A stretch of 64,000 nucleotides of DNA from Octopus sinensis (taxonomy: Eukaryota), in the NCBI RefSeq assembly GCF_006345805.1, contig NC_043015.1:40362001-40426000 (forward strand). The letters are read 5' to 3'. A program made the position numbers and the translations under genes. Under the pieces are notes generated by a model that was not told the origin of the DNA, did no database searches, and was given only the letters and a program-made list of their open reading frames with translations. Numbering within the stretch: the stretch's first letter is position 1; each line of letters starts with the position of its first letter. Below, one piece after another: positions 25,881 through 36,975 of the stretch.

Positions 25881-27159
25881 CATATACACAAATGCACACC
25901 TACACGCAGAGTATTTGTTGCCATGTGCATCAACATGAAAGCGTCACTGCACTGCAATACCAGCATCAGCTGCAACAAATGCACATTGACACCTGCTGAC
26001 ATGCAACTCCATCCGTCTTCTAAATCAGGCCCAAAATGACATTCTAAGGACAATGGCCTTCGTCGTGGAGGGTCAGCAATGGCTACGGGCAATGCCCTGC
26101 TTCCTCACACTAAATGAGGATGATGATGATGATGATGGCGATGGTGATAATGATGGCGATTTGTTTCTAACATTAATCAATCGTTGTGGGAAATTGTGGG
26201 GCGGCCCGGGGGGTGGGGAGTATAGGTTGAAGTAATTGTGGGAGTTTACACGTGTGTAGTTAAGTGTCAGTACACATATACACAAATGCACAAACACACA
26301 CATCACACACACACTTATGCACAGAGCACAACATACACTCAATTCCACAAGCACACACACATACAAACGTGCAAATACACACACATACAAGCACACACAC
26401 ATGCACACACAAACATACATTTGATAAAATCCAAGGAGGACCACCTCAACTTGATGGTCAATCAAGTGCTGGGATTGGTTAGCCACCCACCCGCTGACCC
26501 ACCAGATCTAAGACTACCCTTATTATCAAGGGCAATTACCCTCTTCCAGCTCTATTCCCCAGGCTATGAGTCTATGCTTTGTGAAGACCCATCTACTGGG
26601 GCCCATGTTGCTGCTCACCATCTCACACCCCTTCCAACAAATTCGATGGAGGGCAGCAACCCTTCCCCTTCCTCTTCTACCCTTGCCTTTCTTTCCAAGT
26701 AGAGCTCAGGCAAAGGCCAGCCCATGCCCTCTCAAAATGAGTAAATGTTGGAATGGGGTGTTACAGGGACACAAAGGGACAAATTAAAATGTGTTGTATA
26801 TGTGATCCTGTTGGGGAGAACAGCCATTGAAGGCCAATCAGGGACAACCACTGCGCAAGGGCTCTGAGGATTTCTGAAATAATAATAATAATAATAATGT
26901 TTATCCAGCTGGCTGACAGACAGACAGACAAGCAGATTAACTTGTTGTCTGACACACAAACAGATTAAGTTGTTTTATTATTTACACCAGATTTGGATTT
27001 GTTGGGTTAATCTATCTTAGTGTTTTCATCTCCATATACATGTCTGTATGTATATTAAATATATATATATATATATACATATGTGTTTATATTTCCTATG
27101 TGTATATATGTACATATTTTTATGCATACACACACTCATATATACATACATATATATAC

Positions 27160-27249
<90 letters not shown>

Positions 27250-27465
27250 AGTTGAAATTTACAGAAAAACAAAAGACGAAGACAGGTGTATAAAAAAACA
27301 AGCAGGTGTATCAGTTTGACGCTCAGGAGGGTAAGAAAGTCTTTTATGTTTCAAGCCTGTGCTCTTCACCAGAAAGGAACACAAGGAAGTAAACAGACAG
27401 AGAATAAAAAAAATTGTGGCATTATCTGTCAATCATATACATATATGTATATAGGTATATATATA

Positions 27466-27509
<44 letters not shown>

Positions 27510-28070
27510 AATACAGACTCTTGCTTAATAAATTTATACACATTCAAACAACAAATATATATTCTAACTCATACACTGATGTATGTGTATAAATATATAT
27601 ACACACATATACACACACAGTCATGCATACAAATATCTAAACATACATACATACATACATACATTGTTCTTGTTTTCCTTCCATAAATCTTTCTTCAATT
27701 TCCGACAGATTTTGGCAGAATGCAAGACAAAAACATGTTGCCATGTATTTTTACCTCCCCTCAAGTATGATAAAACACATACCAGTCATGTACTGGGTTA
27801 GTCTGATTACATCAAATCCACCCTCCCACCAACATGTCTCACCAAATGCCAAAAACACAAAACCTTAATTCCATATATGGTAAAATACAAAAGAAAATTC
27901 AATTTAAACAAAAACCCCTGAAAATTTTTGCAAAGTGTGTCTTTGAGAAAATTAAGCAATTAAAGCACCACTCCTGATATTATTGTTGGGATAAATTCTT
28001 GAAGATTTTGGTAAAATACATTCTTACTTTCATTAAGGTGAAAATAGAATGACTTAATTAATGTACAGTT

Positions 28071-28220
28071 GTTATTCTAGGTTATTCCATGTTATTCCCA
28101 GTTATGCTATGTTATTCTTTGTTATTCCAGCCTATTCTATGTTATTCCAGCTTATTCTATGTTATTCCAAGTTATTCTAGATTATCCTTTGTTATTCCAA
28201 GTTATTCAATGTTATATATG
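28071..28220. repeat. 10-bp minisatellite (GTTATTCNNN), 15 units
   Basis: Strict 10-bp register with no indels. Confidence 0.92.
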
Positions 28221-28341
28221 AAATCATTCTTTGTTATTCTTTGCCATTTTTCCACAGCTTTTATGAAAAATTATTACTTGGGACATTTAAACCTTTTTTT
28301 TTTTTTAATATTCTCCTCCTCCTCCTCTTCATCATTATTAT

Positions 28342-28533
28342 TATGGTAACGAGCTGTCAGAATCGTTAACATAATGAGGGAAATGCTTAGCGGCATTTTG
28401 TCCGTCTTCACATTCTGAGTTTGCCACTCATCCTTTCTGGGTTGATAAAATAAGTACCAGTTGCGTACTGGGGTTGATGTAATCAACTTAACCCATTCCC
28501 AGAAATTGCTGGCTTTGTGCCAAAATTTTAAAC

Positions 28534-28535
<2 letters not shown>
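28342..28535 (+). mobile_element. SINE family C with (ATT)n tail
   Basis: gagctgtcagaatcgttaac...aaatgcttagcggcatttt...taagtaccagttgcgtactggggttgatgtaatc. Confidence 0.8.
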
Positions 28536-28572
<37 letters not shown>

Positions 28573-28576
28573 TCAG

Positions 28577-28710
28577 CATCGTTTAGCGTCCACTTTCCAT
28601 GCTGGCATGGGTTGGACGGTGCAACTGGGGTCTGGGAAGCCAGAAGGCTGCACAGACCCCAGTTGCACCGTCCAACCCATGCCAGCATGGAAAGCGGACG
28701 CTAAACGATG
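28577..28710. repeat. 58-bp near-perfect inverted repeat built from the family B 3' end
   Basis: Arms 28577-28634 and 28653-28710, single mismatch A28592/C28695, 18-nt loop. Confidence 0.95.
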
Positions 28711-30160
28711 ATGAGGATGATGATGCTATTATTATTATTATTATTATTATTATCATTATCATCATCATCGTCATCATCATTATTGGCCGTCATAGCAATG
28801 TCGATGGCTGAGATGGTAAGATATTGAACTAAAAATATATTGTAATGTTTTTGTATCTGTACATTTTGAGTTCAAATCTCCACTGGAACTGACCTTAAGA
28901 ATCAACACATTTCATACCAGTAACACACCAACATTGATTCCATCAACTATACACCAACAATTAAGGTTCGGTGGTCTGTAGCAGAGATCAGAAACTTGGC
29001 TGTTATGTCTTGCCTAGATAACGAACCACTTGGCAATTTTATACTTTCACCCCTGTTTAGAGTAAAAACCCGTCTCTGCCCTGTGGTTCATATTTACAAC
29101 TAGGTGCACTGAGCCATTTGGAACTCCAGTGTCTGTGGCACATAATCCACCCTGTGTCATTAAAAGGGTGTGAACCACAAACAGACCACTTCCTAATTGT
29201 CTGGTGACTTATATACCCTGCCTCTCTTTCTTTCTCACACATGTATACATACACGTGTGTGTGTGTGTGTGTGTCTGTATGCACATTCATACATATGCAT
29301 CTATATATGTATATACACATGGATGCATATCATATATATGTATACACACACACACATACATATATACATACACCTGCATGTATATGTAGATATCTTTACA
29401 AACATGTGCATAAACATACATGTGTATACATGTATATACACTATACATGCATGCATATATATATATATATATGTTTATATACATTATGTGTGTATATACA
29501 TGTATGTATATATACATATATACACGTATAAACATGTATATGTGTGTGTATATGTATATATAGGCATATATATATGCCTATATATACACACACATATATA
29601 CATGTATATATATATAAACATATGTACTCACATCTGAATATATACATATTTATATGCACGCACACACATTCATACATGTATATGCCTATACACACACACA
29701 CACACACACACTTATATATACATGTATATGTATATAAACCTATATACTCACATATGAGTATATATATATATTCATATGCACCCTCATGGTCCCTCCCCTG
29801 TCAGTCGGTTGATATCACCAAAAAACCCTTGAATTCAGGGGTTTTGCCCCTATCAGTAGACACTTTGCTGCTTTGAGTTGACTGTGGTTACCGAGGTCAA
29901 CATCTCACAGTTATATCAAGACATAAATACATACATGCATCACTTCAACAAATTTACACACATACACGCACACGCACATGTGTGTGGGTGTGGATATGTG
30001 TGTGCATGCATGCAGACTCTAAGGCCTCTGTTGCTTGGCACCTGGAAGTCTGCTGCACAGTGGCCCTTTAGGGGCCATACGAAACAGTGTTACTGTTAAT
30101 ATCGTAGTCTTCAAATTGTGGCTCTGGAATACTAAACATACATACATATATACATATATA

Positions 30161-30191
<31 letters not shown>

Positions 30192-30339
30192 GTATATGTA
30201 TATATGTCCGTATACACATGCATATATATGTGTATATATATGTACATATACACATGCATATATATGTGTGTATATATGTACATATATACACACATATACT
30301 CATACACAATGCATATGATTATGCCTGTGTTAATGCATG

Positions 30340-30401
30340 CATGTATACATACATACATGCATGCATGCATACATACATACATACATACATGCATGCATGC
30401 A

Positions 30402-30435
<34 letters not shown>

Positions 30436-30581
30436 CATACATACATACATACATACATACATACATACATACATGCATACATACATACATACATACATAC
30501 ATACATACATGCATACATACATACATACATACATACATACATACATGCATACATACGTACATACATACATACATACATACA

Positions 30582-30615
<34 letters not shown>

Positions 30616-30636
30616 CATACATACATACATACATAT
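30340..30636. repeat. (TACA)n microsatellite
   Basis: Direct reading. Confidence 0.95.
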
Positions 30637-30673
30637 ATAGATATATATTACACACTTGCATCTGTAATTTACA

Positions 30674-30896
30674 CAGGGTGTCCATAAATTACCTTTACAA
30701 TTTGAAAAATTCAGGAAAAAATGAAAAATAAGGAGAATTCACCAGAGATTACTGGAAAACATCAGCAAAGAAACAAAGTTTTATTAGAAACATCAGAATA
30801 TTTCCACATGGGCTCCATTAGCTACAAAGAAGTTGATTGATTGATCTCAACTACAATAAATTGTGGAAGCTGTAAAGATAATTTGTAGACACCCTG
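30674..30896. mobile_element. Tc1/mariner-type MITE
   Basis: Imperfect TIR cagggtgtccataaattacctttaca / tgtaaagataatttgtagacaccctg; TA on the right flank. Confidence 0.75.
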
Positions 30897-31785
30897 TATG
30901 TATATATATATATATATATATAAAGCATTCATGTATACATACATAACACTGGTTTGAAAACCTCAGATAGATTCTCAACAGACCCTAATTTGTGTGAAAA
31001 CTACCCTTTCCAACTCCCTGATTCACGACGAAATGACAGAGCTCACCACCACTTCTATCCCCATCATTGAGGTTGAAGAACTCCCTCTCCACTTCTATAG
31101 ACAGTTATCTCATAAACCCTCGCCATACCCACCTATTATTTTGTTGTTGTTGTTCTGCTAAATTTACAACACTTCTTACCTGAGAAATGAGTAAAACGGA
31201 CCCCATTGAATTACAGGTATCTACTGTTAAGGGTGAGAAAACCTCTTCCAAATCTGTTGTCTTACCCAGAAGTGCAAATATGAACAAAAAAAAAGGGATG
31301 CTTTTGCTTGAAACCCTCACCTATCGGTTGATAGAAAATAGTCAGTTCACGTCTGATTTTCCGAGTTTTCCACAAGAAATATGCAGCACAAGTGTTTGAT
31401 TTTATCAATGGTAGAGAGATATTTCTATGATTTCAGCAATATCTAGTGATATCAAATAACCTTGCGATATCGCCAGAATTTATCTGATATGAATACATCT
31501 TGTAATATCATGATATTTAGGGATATCAGGGGTGTGTAAAGTTATTTGCTGTAGTGAGTGATATCAGCTCTGTCAACAACAATGTGTGATATCAGCTCTT
31601 TGTGATGCTAGTGATATCAGTTTTCAATATGATAGCAAATGATATCTCTCACTCTACAGCAGCTAGTGATTTCAGCACTCTATATGCCAGCTGATATTAA
31701 CAGCTGTTCAATGAAATCAGTGATATCTAATGATAACAACCCTATGAATGATGGGTAGTGATATCCGTTGTATGAAACTCAGCTG

Positions 31786-31935
31786 ATGATAACAACCCCA
31801 TCACTGATATCTGGTTATATAGGCTGTATCACCGATACCCGGTGATAGCAGCCCCATCACTGATATCTGGTGATATAGGCTGTATCACCGAAACCCTGTG
31901 ATAACAGCCCTATCACTGATATCTAGTGATATCAT
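31786..31935. repeat. 56-bp tandem repeat (~2.5 copies) within a GATATC-rich zone
   Basis: tcactgatatct at 31801, 31857 and 31913. Confidence 0.85.
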
Positions 31936-32714
31936 CTGTGTCAACAATCAATGAAGATATCCAGCAGCAAATACAGATATTGACAATGCTGTGACATATA
32001 TAATATCAAATAATATCCAATAATATCTAGAATATTCTCATTCACTTTGTTATTTTGACCTTTTTAAAGAATGAACAGAAAAAAAAAACAAACAAAATGG
32101 AAAGCATTATGGTGGAGACCAAAGAAGATGAGAGGAGAGCTGTGGAGTGTTGAACGGACATACATAATGGTCAGTTTGTGTGTGTATAACAGTTTGTAAT
32201 TAAGTGGTCATCTTTGAAATAAGCGGTCAGTTAATCACATTTTTTCTTCACATTCATTTGAAATAAAAATGTTTTAAACACTCATTATTGTTGCTGTTGT
32301 TGTTGTTGTTTGTGAATGTCTGTAGAGTGTTCAACAAGAAAAGCAGAATGCTATTGGCCTGGTGCTGTATCAATAAATGGGCAGGTTTTACTCTTGGTAA
32401 TCTTCTCCTTATTGTATGTAGGAAGGGCTTGTGCCCTGCTGTGCTGGTGCCACACAAAAAGTACTCAATACATTCTGTAGAGGGGTTGGTGCCAGGGAAG
32501 GCCTCCGGCTGCTGGAACCATGTCAAACAGGCAAATAAACCATGAGGTCACTCTCAGGTTTTGCTAGCTCCTGTCAAACTGTCCGACCCTTGCTAACATG
32601 GAAAATGGACAGTAGATAATGATTATGACGATGATGAGATGCAATTAGCCACACCATCAAATGTTATGTGTCTTCAAAAATACATCTTCACCGTATTTAT
32701 TTACAAGGAGCGTG

Positions 32715-33055
32715 ATTGTTGCCAGAGTGGCTATCTGGCCTCCGTGCTGGTGACACGTAAAAGACACCATTCGAGCGTGACTGTTACCAGCAGCGCCTTA
32801 CTGGCACCTGTGCCAGTGTTATGTATAAAAGATTCGAGCGAGGTCATTGCCAGTGCCACCTGACAGGCCTCGTGCTGGTGGCACGTAAAAGTACCCACTA
32901 TACTCTCGGAGTGGTTGGTGTTAGGAAGGGCATCCAGCTGTAGAAACTCTGCCAGATCAGATTGGAGCCTGGTGCAGCCTCCTGGCTTCCCAGACCCCAG
33001 TCGAACCATCCAACCCATGCTAGCATGGAAAGCGGATGTTAAACGATGATGTGAT
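32715..33055 (+). mobile_element. Retroposon family B
   Basis: gtggcacgtaaaagtacccactatactctcggagtggttggtgttaggaagggcatccagctgtagaaac...gttaaacgatgatg. Confidence 0.88.
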
Positions 33056-33210
33056 AAAGAGGTGATAGAAAAGAAGTCATTGGCTGATGTTAGTTGGTAT
33101 TGACAAGAATCTGTTACAAGTGGCTGGACTTGATCAAAAAAGGAAAAAGTTGTCTGATGCAATCAGTGTCATCACACACACACACACACATTTATACAAA
33201 TGTGTATATG

Positions 33211-33243
<33 letters not shown>

Positions 33244-33256
33244 GTGTGTGTGTATG

Positions 33257-33468
33257 TTTGTGTGTCTGCTTTTGTCTCCCCAACATCGTATGACAACCGA
33301 TTGCTGGTGTGTTTACGTCCCCGTAACTTAGCAGTTCGGCAAAAAGAGTCCAATAGAATAATAAGTACTAGGCTTACAAAGAATAAGTCCTAGGGTTGAT
33401 TTGCTCGACTAAAGGTGGAACTCCAGCATGGCCACAGTCAAATGACTGAAACACGTAAAAGAGTAAAT
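33257..33468 (+). mobile_element. SINE family A, 3' half
   Basis: Reverse complement of the minus-strand copies. Confidence 0.85.
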
Positions 33469-34164
33469 AAAATGTCAGCTGTTTTGGTGCGTGACTTTTG
33501 GCCCACACTGTATATTGTGACATTTTGTCCCCAAGTGTTATAAGGACATTTTGTCCTTCTCCAAGACAGAGAAGACCCCTCCTACCAACAGAAGTAATAG
33601 CTTCCTAAACATTTCCACCCTGTTTAATTAACTGTGGCTACTTTGTTTTCACAACCTCCCCCACCCCCTTGCTGATTACGTCACCTACCTCTAACGAGTG
33701 TTTTAGGTCATTGAAAGTTTCTCATTCTTAGGTACATTTACTGCAAACCATTCCTGTCTACCTTTTGCATAAGAAGTCCTTTGTTTCGGTAAGCCGGCCT
33801 TAAATACCATTGCAACATTTTGGCTCCTAAAGTTTGTAATAGCTATTCAATATAGAATTCCTACCAACGTTTTTTCTGTAACAAATTCAAAGACTTAATC
33901 CTGAAGGTGATAGAAAGAGTTATAATGGAGTTTAGCAGGGAAAAAGAGAGAGAGAAAGAAAAAGATAAGGCCATTGTGAGGGTTGTGCATGCCATGAACA
34001 GGTGTGTTGTTAACCATCATCATCATCACCACCATCGTCATAATTTAACTTCCATTTTTCCATGCTTGTATGGGTTAGACAGTTTGACAGGAGGATGGCA
34101 TGAGACTCCAGTTGTCTGGTTTCTATGACTGATGCCATTCCTAATGCCAACCATTTTACAGAAT

Positions 34165-34512
34165 GATAATAATAATGAAATTATTGTATAGAGTGCTCAG
34201 GTGCACCACAACTTGTCAAAAGTGCGTATAAAGTATATGCAGTAATGTACAAATGTCTGGAAAGCGAACAATGTATGAGTCAGATACATGCTTGCGTGTG
34301 TATTGAGGGGAGAAAATCAGGTATAGTGTTGGCGAATCTCAGAAAGCATGGAAGTTTTGAAGGATGCAGTGCTCTGACAACTAACAACTGATGCCGGCAG
34401 TTTGTTCCATGCTTCAGCAACTCTTAGTGTGAAGAAATGTTTCTGAAAGTCATGGGAGCTGTGCTGTTTTCTCACTTTGTAAGCATGTCCACGGGTGGAG
34501 TTTGAAAAGGTG
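34165..34512 (-). mobile_element. 5'-truncated CR1/L2-type LINE 3' end, apparently inserted into a family B copy
   Basis: Encodes STRGHAYKVRKQHSSHDFQKHFFTLRVAEAWNKLPASVV..SFKTSML, typical of the CR1-clade ORF2 C-terminus. It has a short 3' UTR ending in an (ATT)n-type tail, with family B sequence on both flanks. Confidence 0.85.
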
Positions 34513-34749
34513 CTCAGAGTTATTGTTTGTACAAGGTGTTCTTTATGTGGCACCAGCACAAGAGCTTCTTAAGTGGCACCAGTACAGGTGCTTTTTACAT
34601 GGAAATCAGAGTGGAATTTAGTATGGCAATAGATGTTAGAATGATCAATTCTTGGTTGACTGAAGTAGCCTGGTTTTATTTTCTCAAAGACATTTCTTTT
34701 TGCTTCATGGAATTTTAGATGTCTTAATGTAAGGGATGCAGCACGGAAT

Positions 34750-34800
34750 TTTGTCAGTGAACAGGTCGCAGTCTCAAAGCGACGACAATATTTTGACAAA
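34750..34800 (+). ncRNA. Hammerhead-ribozyme-like motif (minimal type I, G3-C8 variant; A14 mutated to C in this copy)
   Basis: Stem I TTTGTCA/TGACAAA, core GTGAACA, extra G, stem II GTCGC/GCGAC, GACA, palindromic stem III AATATT, cleavage triplet TTT. Confidence 0.5.
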
Positions 34801-35049
34801 TTAAATTTAAATGTTGAAGTGAATCTAACGGTTTTTGTGTGTTTCTTAAATGGCTTATAAACACCTTCCACGCTGCAATTGTTTTCGCTCCAGCACACGA
34901 TCACAGATCAGGTCACTTGCTATGCAAGTACATCGCCGTAATGTAAGATTTTTTTCTTCTAATTCTTTGACAGACTGAGCTCTCAGAATTAGGTTGTTAG
35001 GATCTAGGATTTCCAACTTCTCTATTATAATCTGGAGAATTATAATGAA

Positions 35050-35640
35050 CATCAGTGGGTTGGGAACCTATCTTTGAGGGACATCTGTCTCCATGCTAAA
35101 TTCCTCCTTGAACTTGTCAATACACAATTTGCCAACACTACCCCAAATCATGGCTTTCACAGTTCTCACAAAGGCCATATCTCTCTCCTTGATCAGCTCT
35201 ATGAAAATTCTTTCAGCCACTTTCATCATTTGCCTCTTAAATTTGTGCTTCTGTAACTGGTCCTTTAAGAGTATGTCCCTTGCCCTGTATCAGGGGACAA
35301 CAATGCTGTTCCATAAGTCACTAGGGAGATATCTCCCTTCATATTTTTTTTTTATTGATGAAGGAATCTCTATGAGATAAAAATTTTCATCCAACTGTCC
35401 CTTAAATCACACCCTTAAAAACATAAATATATTATAACTCCTGGAATGTAAATAGATGGTAAGGTCATAGCTGGAACCCATCTGATCATGGTCCACTCAA
35501 GCAAGATTGACTGTCCAGATATACACCACATCAATCTCTTTCTATCTCCGATGGTCCTCTGGTTTTCCCCAACTTCATATTTTTGACGATCTTTCAATTC
35601 GTAGGACAACGCCATCCCCACCAGTCGATATCTAATATCC
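35050..35640 (-). mobile_element. Degraded RTE-like LINE reverse-transcriptase fragment
   Basis: Minus-strand peptide LWNSIVVP*...MMKVAERIFIELIKER resembles the RTE RT N-terminal motif (IVxxYKGKGD...NYRGIKLL..VMKVxERV); contains stops and frameshifts. Confidence 0.55.
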
Positions 35641-35651
35641 TGGATGAAATA

Positions 35652-35682
<31 letters not shown>

Positions 35683-36629
35683 TCTCCTACTTCGGCAACC
35701 CTTTGTAGTTTGTATTTCTCTTCTTGACGTCAGCGAAGGCTCTTCCTTGCTCCACCGTCAATGCGAACACACTTTTCATTGACGGAGTCCTGACTCACAA
35801 TTCAAACATTACTTGTTTCTGGTTTCTACGTCACAGAAACATAGACCTATTTCTTACTTTCTCTCATTCCTAATTATACGTATCGTCTACGTAGTTTAAA
35901 TGTAATTATAACCTCGAGTAAAGTCATACGATATCACGTATACAATATGAACCTCAAAGTGTTGGTATTTTTTTGTTTCTAGGTCTTCGTGAAACTGAAA
36001 GTATTATTTCGTTAAATATAGCAATGTATTTTCCAGTTTAGAAACTGAAAATGTTTTCTTACAAAATGAAAACAAGATACGAAAGTAAAACAGCTAACAG
36101 TAATGGTTAGCTACCTGGATAAACCAGGGTTTCTCAACACCTTTTGACCCATTAAAACTTAATTGCCCGTTTTATTTACTTGTGTAACTTAGACCCAAAT
36201 CATTCTGAACTGTCCATTGCGTATATTATCGTATCTTGTGATTATTTGATATTTTGGGATTACTTTGGTAATTAACGAAGCATGGCCATTAACTAATCAA
36301 AAATATAGTGGTTAATAGATGAAAATTAAGACAGCAGCAGATACACAAGACGTTTATATTTCTGCAAAATTATGGCCTTCTTTCATGCTTCAGAATTTGT
36401 CTTGGAAATGGTGAGGATGTCAAGTTACACGAAAACTCTGAATCTTACCAATGGATACCATTGGAGATGTACCACAAGAATTAGTTGCCAGGTTTTCTCA
36501 ATGTAAATGGAAATATTTTCTCCAAGACGAACTATATTTTCTACAAGACAACAATCTTGTTTATTATTGGCGAATGTGAGGGTAACAACGACTGAGGAAG
36601 AACCATGGTGTCTGTGCACGGTATTTATA

Positions 36630-36975
36630 TCTTTTCTTTTACTTGTTTCAGACGTTAGACTGCAACCTTGAAGGCTTTCGTCAAATCGATCCCAATATAA
36701 TTTTATTTCTTTTTACCGAACCCGTTAAGCTACGGGGACACAAGCAAACCAATACCAGTGGTGGAGGTGGGGGGACAAACACAGACTCAACATATCTAGA
36801 TACACACTCATATAGACGACAGGCTTCTTTCAGTTTCCTTCTAGCAAATCCTCTCACAAGGCTTTGGTCAGCCTGGGGTTATAGAAGAAGATACTTGGTC
36901 AAAGAGCTACACAATGGAACTGAACCCAACACCATGTAGTTTGGAAGCAAGCTTCTTACCTACACAGCCACACTT
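36630..36975 (-). mobile_element. SINE family A, diverged
   Basis: Matches the family consensus. Confidence 0.8.

Noticed and set aside
25910-25999. Possible extra terminal exon [29 protein letters not shown] after acacgcag
   Set aside because: No pyrimidine tract (CA-repeat context), no KRxTLRQ homology and no recognisable motif.
26420-26702. Non-repetitive tail of ORF 26238-26702
   Set aside because: No convincing acceptor and no recognisable protein; the ORF start lies in a CA repeat.
34855-35052. Minus-strand ORF with a Cys pattern reminiscent of a Penelope RT-endonuclease linker
   Set aside because: Similarity is too vague by eye, and a plus-strand reading is equally plausible. It needs tBLASTn.
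35755-35790. 9-bp hairpin ccgtcaatg/cattgacgg
   Set aside because: No ribozyme core or known RNA motif around it; short stems are expected by chance.
36395-36620. Exon-like stretch after ttctttcatgcttcag
   Set aside because: All three plus frames hit stops within about 40 codons and there are no partner exons.
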